Shown here piece after piece: positions 9,857 through 16,803 of a stretch of 27,566 nucleotides of DNA. The stretch is from a bacterium. GTDB taxonomy: Bacteria; Acidobacteriota; Blastocatellia; Pyrinomonadales; Pyrinomonadaceae. A model generated the notes under the pieces. It had not been told where the DNA came from. It worked only from the letters and a program-made list of their open reading frames with translations, and made no database searches. The translations under genes and the position numbers were made by a program. How positions within the stretch are numbered: the stretch's first letter is position 1; each line of letters begins with the position of its first letter. The stretch lies in the NCBI GenBank assembly GCA_029945985.1, contig JAQSDP010000334.1:1-27566 (forward strand), given 5' to 3'.

Positions 9857-9865
9857 GCGGAACTC

Positions 9866-10834
9866 CTATTTCACGACAGTGATATCTCGCGTAGTCGAAT
9901 TATACCCGCCGTTATCAACTACATTTCCGTCCTTGCCGACCAACTCGAGTTTGATCGTGTGCTTGCCGGCGGTCCAGCCTTGCAGCCAAAGCGGCGCCCA
10001 TTTCTCAACGAACTTAGGCTCGCCACCGTTTACCGAGTAACGCACTCTATACTCTCCGCCCTCGCCGACCAGCTTTCCATTTGCTAGCCAAAAATCGATC
10101 ATTATTGGGTCGGCGTCGGCTTCCTTATACTCACCCTTCGGACGGCTGTAGGTAAGAAGAGGTTTTTTCGCATCAACTGCTCCGCCGGTCGAAGCTTGCA
10201 TTGCTTTGCCTTCCGGTGTTGGAGCCGCGTTGGAATTCGAGTTCGACATCTGCTGACCGCTGTTCGTTGTTGCCGGTTGATTCGTGTTCGCGTTGCCGTT
10301 CTTAACCGCGAACTTCACCATCTGGAACGACCCGTCATTTTTATAGGACTCATGCCACGGACGCGAAGCGAATACGCGAAGGGTGTGCTCGCCGTCGGCA
10401 ACATTCCTAAGCTCGAAAGCCGAACCATCGATGTTGTAATACGCCTCGTACGGCTGGTTGTCGAGGATCACATGGATGTGATTGCCCATCTTCGTCTGAG
10501 GGTCCTGTCCGGGTTTATAGCCCTTGAGGTCGCCGGAAAGTTCCAGTTTCACCGGCACGGTCGAGCTGGCGACAGTCGAACCTTCTGCTGGTGATGCGAT
10601 CTTCAACGTCGGTGCCGCCGCGTCCTGCTCGCCGCGAGCCGCCATCATATCCTTGATCCGCTGCGGCGTGTCGACCGTGGTCAGATTCAACGGGCCGCCC
10701 GGCGCGGCGTTGATATTCGAATTCGTCGCGTTGTGATTGGCGTGGTTGGCGTTCGGCAGGTTCTCTACGGCCGGCCCGCAAGCGGCTGAGACCGCAACCG
10801 CGATCCCCGTTAGTACAAGTGCAAGCTTCTTCAT
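9866..10834 (-). CDS. Lipoprotein with two predicted beta-sandwich domains and His motifs; function unknown
   Basis: Signal peptide with lipobox (VSAAC); Asn-rich linkers; GNHIHVILDNQPY...GEHTLRVFASRPWHESYKN and KPLLTYSRPKGEY...PIMIDFWL; RBS GGAGG upstream. Confidence 0.8.
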   Translation of the reverse strand: MKKLALVLTGIAVAVSAACGPAVENLPNANHANHNATNSNINAAPGGPLNLTTVDTPQRIKDMMAARGEQDAAAPTLKIASPAEGSTVASSTVPVKLELSGDLKGYKPGQDPQTKMGNHIHVILDNQPYEAYYNIDGSAFELRNVADGEHTLRVFASRPWHESYKNDGSFQMVKFAVKNGNANTNQPATTNSGQQMSNSNSNAAPTPEGKAMQASTGGAVDAKKPLLTYSRPKGEYKEADADPIMIDFWLANGKLVGEGGEYRVRYSVNGGEPKFVEKWAPLWLQGWTAGKHTIKLELVGKDGNVVDNGGYNSTTRDITVVK

Positions 10835-10849
10835 ATTTCCTCCAGAAAG

Positions 10850-11515
10850 TTAAATAACTGCGGCGTCCGCCAACTTACGGCTAGTCGCGAACACAGCTTC
10901 AAAGTTCTCGACTATCCGGTCTTCGACCTCGGAAAGGTGAACTTCACGTCCGAGCAGCCTGTCCATCGACGTCACCGGCTCGCCCTCGCATGCAATGATC
11001 CAATCGTAGTAGCTAAGATCCGTATTCACGTTCAACGCAAACCCATGGGTTGTCACCCACCGCTTTAAGTGTACGCCGATCGCCGCGACCTTGCCTTCGG
11101 TGGTGTGAACGCCCGTTAGCCCGTCGATCCGGAACGCGTCGATCTCAAAATCAGCCATCGTCCGGATCAGCACTTCCTCAAGATCTCGTACGTACTTGTG
11201 AACGTCCTCGCGGTCGGGCGAAAGCGAGATTATCGGATATCCTACCAGCTGCCCGAGCCCGTGATACGTTACTTTTCCTCCACGATCTGACTCAAATACC
11301 TCGATTCCAAGGTTCTTCAAGACCTCAGCCGTCGCAAGGACGCCCGCGTCCTTTGAGCGCCGCCCTATGGTAAATGTGTGCGGATGTTCGAGCAGCAAAA
11401 GGTAGTCTTCTGTCCGATTTTCGATCACGGATCTCTCAAGCTCCTTTTGGAGCGCAAGAGCGTCTGCGTACCCGATCCGCGCGAGGCGTCGAACTTCTAA
11501 CCTCCTTTTTTGCAT
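10850..11515 (-). CDS. lipB: Lipoyl(octanoyl) transferase LipB
   Basis: LLLLEHPHTFTIGR, DRGGKVTYHGLGQLVGYPI, GKVAAIGV, VTTHGFALNV, terminal ACEG cysteine. Confidence 0.95.
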   Translation of the reverse strand: MQKRRLEVRRLARIGYADALALQKELERSVIENRTEDYLLLLEHPHTFTIGRRSKDAGVLATAEVLKNLGIEVFESDRGGKVTYHGLGQLVGYPIISLSPDREDVHKYVRDLEEVLIRTMADFEIDAFRIDGLTGVHTTEGKVAAIGVHLKRWVTTHGFALNVNTDLSYYDWIIACEGEPVTSMDRLLGREVHLSEVEDRIVENFEAVFATSRKLADAAVI

Positions 11516-11566
11516 CTATAGGTATGATAGAATTTTTAGGCGACTATTAGAAATCAAGGCGGATCT

Positions 11567-12394
11567 ATGAAAATCATCTTATTTACGACACTTTTTGCTT
11601 TTTCTGTTTCGCTATTCGCAGCCGACGCAGAGGCTCAAAAGACTCGAAGGCCGGCGCCAAAGGCCACTCCTAAGCCAACTCCTGTTAGTACCACTTCTAC
11701 AAACGCAGTTGTTTCGGCTGCCAAGCAGCAGGTCTCGAATCAGCTCCATAATGTGAACGTGTTTGTCGACAAGATCGGCCTGATCGCGGTATCACTGGAG
11801 AGCGTCGAGAAAGAAGCCGCAGCTCGGCGACTGAGTGGCGATGCTGCAGCAGCGCATGAAAAGAACAAAAGGAATGTTATTGCCGCATTCGCCGGTCTGC
11901 GAAACGGCCTCATAAAGCTGGAATCAGATTTTCGTACTAAGCCGCAGCTTGCCTTATATCTACCCAAGGTCGAGGGCATCAGTACGCTCGCGGCAAATGC
12001 GGAAGACAGTGCGATCGCCGGCAGGTTCGTCGCTGCCAAAGATCCCCTGCGCGAGGTCACGCTTAAGTTGAACGATACGTTGGCCGTTTTACCGGGACCT
12101 CTTGCTCCGGGAAGTGTCAACCCAACCAAGGCAACCACCGCTCCGACGCGGACAGTCTCGACCCCGGGTACTTCGTCATCCACGAACCGTCCAGTTTCAA
12201 TGACGACGAACTCCGGTGCAAAGCGCGAGCCGGCCGTCGGTATGACTCTCGCCGAGGTCTCGCAGAGTACGTGGGGAGCACCGACAAATAAAAGAACCTC
12301 GACTACCACAAATGGCACGACCGAGGTTTGGACTTACACGGGCAAAGGAACGGTTTACTTCTTCAACGGCAGGGTGACTCAGATACTGCGTTAG
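11567..12394 (+). CDS. Secreted hypothetical protein: helical domain, Thr/Ser-rich linker, C-terminal SmpA/BamE-like small domain
   Basis: Sec signal peptide ending AEA; C-terminal VGMTLAEV...WGAP...EVWTY...VYFFNGRV pattern typical of BamE/BLIP-like folds. Confidence 0.75.
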   Translation: MKIILFTTLFAFSVSLFAADAEAQKTRRPAPKATPKPTPVSTTSTNAVVSAAKQQVSNQLHNVNVFVDKIGLIAVSLESVEKEAAARRLSGDAAAAHEKNKRNVIAAFAGLRNGLIKLESDFRTKPQLALYLPKVEGISTLAANAEDSAIAGRFVAAKDPLREVTLKLNDTLAVLPGPLAPGSVNPTKATTAPTRTVSTPGTSSSTNRPVSMTTNSGAKREPAVGMTLAEVSQSTWGAPTNKRTSTTTNGTTEVWTYTGKGTVYFFNGRVTQILR

Positions 12395-12400
12395 GTCTCG

Positions 12401-12447
12401 CAAGGCCGGAAATTTTCCATCCGGGTTCGCAGACTTCGACGGCCTTG
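12401..12447. repeat. Inverted repeat between convergent genes (CAAGGCCG ... CGGCCTTG)
   Basis: 8-bp perfect arms with a 31-nt spacer; arms share AAGGCCG/CGGCCTT with the 201-228 hairpin. Confidence 0.35.
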
Positions 12448-12473
12448 GGCGACGTGCCGATTGCCGTCTCCGC

Positions 12474-13049
12474 TTATTCCAGCCCAAGCTTCTGGCGAAT
12501 ATACTTTTCCGCCTCCGGTTTGATCAGTTCACCATTCACGATCGTCGTCTTCTCGGTCAAATTCTCACCCGCCGAAAGGGTAGCCGGCTCGAGCAGTACA
12601 TACCACGGCGTTCCCCACCTCCGCTTATCACCCGCTGCTGTTCGAAGCAAGTAATGATTCGAGGTCAGGCGTGCACTCTGATTGTCCGATTCGTAAACCG
12701 AAGGAAATGTCAGCTTAAATTCTTCGATATGTTTCTTCATCTTGTCGACCGGATCGTACTCACCTACACCGATCACTGCCAGGCCCGCTGAAGAATATTT
12801 GTCATGAAGGCTCTGCACGAACGCTAGGTCGTGCCGCCAATTCGGGCACCACGGAGCCCAATAAACCACCATCACGAGCTTTTTTCCCTTGGCGAACGAA
12901 CGTAAATTCGTGTCACCGCCGCCCGTTATGTTCTTAAGCGTCCAGTCCTTGTAAACAATCGGTTTTTCGGAAACTGGGGCCTGCTCGGTCTGGGCGATTG
13001 CTAACCCGCCGAATACAAGTGTGAAGATAAGTGCGGATATAAATCTCAT
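12474..13049 (-). CDS. Exported thioredoxin-fold (TlpA/AhpC-TSA-like) protein with non-canonical CxxW site
   Basis: Signal peptide MRFISALIF...AIA; LVMVVYWAPWCPNWRHDL...GLAVIGV; likely ATG at 13049 (ORF track starts at 13061). Confidence 0.8.
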   Translation of the reverse strand: MRFISALIFTLVFGGLAIAQTEQAPVSEKPIVYKDWTLKNITGGGDTNLRSFAKGKKLVMVVYWAPWCPNWRHDLAFVQSLHDKYSSAGLAVIGVGEYDPVDKMKKHIEEFKLTFPSVYESDNQSARLTSNHYLLRTAAGDKRRWGTPWYVLLEPATLSAGENLTEKTTIVNGELIKPEAEKYIRQKLGLE

Positions 13050-13106
13050 CAATTTAAACACTAAGCGTTGAGATGGGCATTGACAAGGAAAAAGATGGCT
13101 TCGAAT

Positions 13107-13137
13107 GCAGAAGCCCCCGCGTAAGCAAGGGCGTAAC
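13107..13137 (+). repeat. REP-like element (closest to consensus)
   Basis: GCAGAAGCCCCCGCGTAAGCAAGGGCGTAAC, intergenic between the PepSY gene and the redoxin gene. Confidence 0.8.
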
Positions 13138-13146
13138 GAGCAAGTC

Positions 13147-13659
13147 CTAAGTTTGAGCTTCTTTCGACGTGCCCGGACGCAATACTCGGCCCCAATGGAC
13201 GATATTCAAATAGATCCCGGTCAGCGCGGAGAGCGTCGCTAGGGCTGAGAAGATCAGCAGCAGTATCACCTGCCAACTTCCCGCGAAGAAGTAAAAGTGA
13301 GCCTCACGAAAGAATCGCGTCTTTAATGTCGGCGGTTTTGAGAACGCCGCCTGGCCGGTCTCGGCATCGACAAAGATCGAATCTGCTCCGAGACCGCCGA
13401 TCGACTGATACTGCGGCCGGCCGTCTTTCATCAGTAAAGTTAGTGCGGTCGTCGGCAGCATCTTCCCTGACAGTTCATTGGCATTAGCCATCGCATCTGC
13501 CGGTGATACTTTCACCCTTGCCGCATCGATCTTCTCGACGGTTCCACCTTCCACCGTGTTCGGCAGAGCATACAGGAACCCGCTCAACGCCCAGGCCAGG
13601 AGCGGAACCGAAACGATCGCCCCGAGGATCAGATGCGACTGATAAATGAACTTGTTCAT
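13147..13659 (-). CDS. PepSY domain-containing membrane protein
   Basis: N-terminal TM with H(L)ILG...LLAWALSG, central PepSY-like segment (VSPADAMANA...IFVDAETG), C-terminal EAHFYFF plus TM ending LTGIYL. Confidence 0.8.
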   Translation of the reverse strand: MNKFIYQSHLILGAIVSVPLLAWALSGFLYALPNTVEGGTVEKIDAARVKVSPADAMANANELSGKMLPTTALTLLMKDGRPQYQSIGGLGADSIFVDAETGQAAFSKPPTLKTRFFREAHFYFFAGSWQVILLLIFSALATLSALTGIYLNIVHWGRVLRPGTSKEAQT

Positions 13660-13666
13660 CGGAATA

Positions 13667-13697
13667 ACTATCCACTATCCACTTGCCACTATCCACT
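13667..13697. repeat. Heptamer tandem repeat (ACTATCC)x4.4
   Basis: ACTATCC ACTATCC ACTTGCC ACTATCC ACT in the divergent intergenic region, 7 nt upstream of the PepSY start. Confidence 0.85.
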
Positions 13698-13732
13698 GAA
13701 GGAACGGTGAATTTGTGCTAATCTTTATCAAA

Positions 13733-14158
13733 ATGACCACCCCGACAGTTACAGACATCTTCAAGCGTGCCCTCGAACTTCGTTCCCAGAATACGGGCGG
13801 AAAAGTCGCTTCGATCAAATCGCAACTATTAAACGAATTCAGCGGCAAGCCATTCCCCGATACGGCTTATCTGACGATCCCCGAGTACGACAACATCGTC
13901 CCGGAAGAGGATTGGACCGCGGGCTTGCCGGTTACCCTTCGGGGCATTCAGAACGAGGATTGGGACGACGTAATCCACGGCATCCTTATTAGCCTCGAAC
14001 AGGTCGAGAACTATCCTATAGAATCCGGCCGTGAAGACGATCCAGCCAAAGAGTGGCGCAACCGCGGCAAGTCTATCGCCGAAGCGGAAGAGAAAAACCT
14101 CTCCAAATGGATGCCGGAAGAGCTTATGGCAATGGCAAAACGAAACGTCACCAATTAG
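13733..14158 (+). CDS. Hypothetical protein (~141 aa, acidic, Trp-rich)
   Basis: Fills the gap between divergent and convergent neighbours and has a plausible globular composition. ATG at 13733 (ORF track starts at 13715). No family recognised. Confidence 0.7.
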   Translation: MTTPTVTDIFKRALELRSQNTGGKVASIKSQLLNEFSGKPFPDTAYLTIPEYDNIVPEEDWTAGLPVTLRGIQNEDWDDVIHGILISLEQVENYPIESGREDDPAKEWRNRGKSIAEAEEKNLSKWMPEELMAMAKRNVTN

Positions 14159-14186
14159 TTTCGAACAAAAAGGAGTGAATCTTGAG

Positions 14187-14215
14187 AACTGAAAATGCCT
14201 TGCGTTTCAGTTTTT
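14187..14215 (+). terminator. Probable intrinsic terminator between convergent genes
   Basis: AACTGAAA(A)TGC-CTT-GCG-TTTCAGTT followed by further Ts. Confidence 0.55.
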
Positions 14216-14220
14216 ACTCT

Positions 14221-14991
14221 CTAGCTTGCCGTTTCTCCCGAAACAACCAAACGCAACCCGTCGGAAGCTAAACAGGTTTCAATCCCGCCTATCTCCTCAG
14301 GTGCTATCTGATCATCCCACTCCGGATAAAGATGCGTCAGAACGATCTGCTTCGGCTTCGCGAAGCGGGCGATCTGCTCGATGTCGGCCAGGTTCAGGTG
14401 TGTTTTTACCGGCTTGTCTGCGAAGAAGGAGCACTCGATCAACAGCACATCAACGTCGCGGCCGAACACGCCGAGGTTGGTTGAGTAGCCTGTATCGGCA
14501 GAGAATGCGATCGAACCGGACGCGTCCATGACTCTGATCGCACAGCTTTCATCCGTGTGCGGTGTCGAGAATGTCTTGGCTGTCACGCCTTCAAAGAGGT
14601 CGAACTGCTTCCCCGGTTCGATCTCGATGACCTCGGTCGGGAACGGCTGTTCGAGCAGGCCGTAGTCGTAGGCCGAGTCGAAAGCGGCGATCAGATCTTT
14701 CAACCCCGGCGGGCCGTAGATTCGCATCGGCTTACTTCGAGATTGCGTAGTCGGGGCATACTTCGTACCGAACAGGAACGGAGCGAGCCCGCCGCAATGG
14801 TCGAGGTGAAAATGGGAGATCCAGATCGCGTCGAGATTCGCCCAGTCGCATCCTTCCTGAGCCATCCGATGTACCGCCGATGCTGAACAGTCCAGCAGTA
14901 TCGAGCCGCCCGAAGTTTCAAGCCAGTACGCCGAACTCGAACGTTGAGGATGGGGGACAGAACTCCCGGAACCTAAAACTATCAGCTTCAT
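14221..14991 (-). CDS. Metallo-beta-lactamase-fold hydrolase, RNase Z/BN-like
   Basis: MKLIVLGSGS, LLDC, ISHFHLDHCGG (HxHxDH), TPH, FSADTG, LIECSF, HL, LTHLYP. Confidence 0.88.
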   Translation of the reverse strand: MKLIVLGSGSSVPHPQRSSSAYWLETSGGSILLDCSASAVHRMAQEGCDWANLDAIWISHFHLDHCGGLAPFLFGTKYAPTTQSRSKPMRIYGPPGLKDLIAAFDSAYDYGLLEQPFPTEVIEIEPGKQFDLFEGVTAKTFSTPHTDESCAIRVMDASGSIAFSADTGYSTNLGVFGRDVDVLLIECSFFADKPVKTHLNLADIEQIARFAKPKQIVLTHLYPEWDDQIAPEEIGGIETCLASDGLRLVVSGETAS

Positions 14992-15024
14992 CCCATTGAT
15001 TCTATCAGCTTGATGTTCGGGCGG

Positions 15025-15055
15025 AGCCCGTTGCTTACGTGCGGGCTACTGACAC
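15025..15055 (-). repeat. REP-like element with GTAG leader
   Basis: Minus strand reads GTGTCAGTAGCCCGCACGTAAGCAACGGGCT; self-complementary AGCCCG...CGGGCT. Confidence 0.8.
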
Positions 15056-15075
15056 AGCGTGATAAATTCAATTCA

Positions 15076-15809
15076 ATGCCTGAGGTAGCCATACTCGCCG
15101 TTTTCGCGCACCCGGACGATCTCGAACTGACTGTCGGCGGGACGATGTTACGGATGAAGAGTCTCGGGTACACGACCGGCGGTCTGGATGTGACTCGGGG
15201 GGAAATGGGCACGCGGGGAACTGTCGAGGGACGAGCGAAGGAGGCGGAAGACGCCGCGAAGATACTCCGACTCGACATTCGCCAAAATCTCGGGCTCGCC
15301 GACGGGCACGTTTTTGTCGACGATCCTTCACGAACGGCAATGGTGCGCGCTTTTCGACGGTTGAAACCGAAGGTGATCCTTACTCACCAGCTCGACGATC
15401 CGCATCCCGACCACGATCACATCGCGAACCTTGTCCGCGAAGCCGCGCGACTCGCGAGCATGCGGAACTATGTCCGGACTCAGGCTCAGATGCCATCGCG
15501 GTTCCAAGGGTCGCTCACAACATCTTCTCGCGTCGGGTCGAGCCCTCGTTCATCGTCGATACATCCGATTTTCTGGCAGACAAGATGGCGGCGATCAGGG
15601 CTCATGCGTCGCAGTTCCACAATCCCAACTCGACCGAGCCCGAAACGAGACTGACCAACAAACTCTTTCTCGACGAGATCGAGAATCGGTCGCGATACTT
15701 CGGCTCACTCATCGGCGTCGCTGCCGGCGAGCCTTACTTCGTGAGAGAGGCGTTGAATATCTCCGACCCGATCGATCTGCTGACGCGCCCGATGAACATA
15801 TATTCATGA
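15076..15809 (+). pseudogene. bshB1: BshB1-like PIG-L family deacetylase (N-acetylglucosaminyl-malate deacetylase), split by a 1-nt frameshift near 15472
   Basis: N-half AHPDDLELTVGGT...VTRGEMGTRG...PHPDHDH is in the 15010 frame. C-half PRVAHNIFSRRVEPSFIVD...KMAAIRAHASQF...RYFGSLIGV...GEPY...MNIYS* is in the 15585-15809 frame. Inserting one base gives a continuous 244-aa protein. Confidence 0.82.
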
Positions 15810-16618
15810 TCGAACTCGCCGCCGAAGAAATAGAGCTCAACAAAAAACGCCGCGTCCTCGAACGGCTCAAGGACAAGCTTGCCGATCGCGAAGAGGAGAT
15901 GGCGGACCTCCGCGCGGAGCTTGACCAGTTCGAGGCGCGGTATTCGATGGACGTGGCGCGGCTGTACGCTGATTTCGATGAGATCGAGGCCGAGATCGCG
16001 GAAGAAGAACTCAAGCTTGTCCCGGACGACGAAGAGATCAAAAAGCGGGTCGAAGATCTGAGAAGACGCGCCGAAGAATCAGCCGCTCGAGCGGAAGCGG
16101 CTCATGAGGCCGAAGAGTATGTTCCCACTCTTGAGGCCAAGAAGGCATATCACAATCTTGCCCGGTCGATCCATCCTGATCTTGCGCTTGATGAGGGTGA
16201 GAAAGAGCGGCGTCACGAACTGATGGCGGAACTGAACCACGCTTATTCTTCCGGCGATCAGAAGAAGCTCGACAAAATGATCGAGGATCTAAAGAACAGT
16301 CCGGATTCCGTCAAGGGCGAATCGATCGGCGATGACTGGGTTCGTGCGGTTCGGCAGATATACCAGATACGAAAACGATTCGGAGAACTTGAAACCGAAA
16401 AGGCCGAGGCGGAAGCATCGGAACTCCACGAGCTTCGAATGAAAGTGAAGGCCGAAATGGCAGAGGGCCGCGACCTTCTGAGACAGATGGCCGAACGGAC
16501 GAAGAGCCACATACTCAAGGCGCGTCGCCGGCTCGAAAACCTGAAAAATGTGAATGCGGCCCAGGAAGAATATGTCAAAGAGGCATTCGGGCTCGATATT
16601 GAAGATTTCCGCAAATAG
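15806..16618 (+). CDS. Coiled-coil protein with an internal J-domain-like segment (HPD motif)
   Basis: ATGA overlap with the bshB1 stop fixes the start at 15806; AKKAYHNLARSIHPDLA...RRHELMAELNHAY flanked by long E/K/R heptad helices; 270 aa. Confidence 0.8.
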   Translation: MIELAAEEIELNKKRRVLERLKDKLADREEEMADLRAELDQFEARYSMDVARLYADFDEIEAEIAEEELKLVPDDEEIKKRVEDLRRRAEESAARAEAAHEAEEYVPTLEAKKAYHNLARSIHPDLALDEGEKERRHELMAELNHAYSSGDQKKLDKMIEDLKNSPDSVKGESIGDDWVRAVRQIYQIRKRFGELETEKAEAEASELHELRMKVKAEMAEGRDLLRQMAERTKSHILKARRRLENLKNVNAAQEEYVKEAFGLDIEDFRK

Positions 16619-16658
16619 GCCTTTGACCTAAAAAGGGGTGATATTGCTCAATCCACCC

Positions 16659-16687
16659 TTGACAGCCTCTTTCTTTAGTATTACTTT
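16659..16687 (+). promoter_or_regulatory. Sigma70-type promoter TTGACA-N17-TACTTT
   Basis: Perfect -35 at 16659-16664, 17-nt spacer, TAnnnT -10 at 16682-16687; no + strand CDS lies downstream before the terminator. Confidence 0.5.
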
Positions 16688-16693
16688 TTGTGT

Positions 16694-16803
16694 ACGATTG
16701 TCATTCACTGAGATCGAGACATTAACTTCGTTGCTGACTGCTCCACGCAGAAGGCGCGAACAAAGGAGAGGAACGGTGTGGGAGACGTTCCTCTCCGTTT
16801 TTT
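16694..16803 (+). ncRNA. Candidate ~110-nt small RNA (no known family recognised)
   Basis: Bounded by the predicted promoter and the 16765-16803 terminator within a convergent intergenic region; no ATG-started ORF. Confidence 0.3.
16765..16803 (+). terminator. Intrinsic terminator
   Basis: GGAGAGGAACG-N10-CGTTCCTCTCC (11-bp perfect stem) followed by GTTTTTT. Confidence 0.85.

Noticed and set aside
13061-13276. 71-aa minus ORF between the PepSY and redoxin genes
   Set aside because: Overlaps the PepSY 3' end out of frame and crosses a REP-like element.
14168-14271. Strong AAGGAG followed by TTG opening a ~29-codon ORF
   Set aside because: Runs through a terminator hairpin and antisense into the MBL gene; no supporting motif.
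15431-15805. N-terminal 125 aa of the 395-aa ORF 15431-16618
   Set aside because: It is an off-frame overlap with bshB1; the ATGA junction at 15806 gives a better start.
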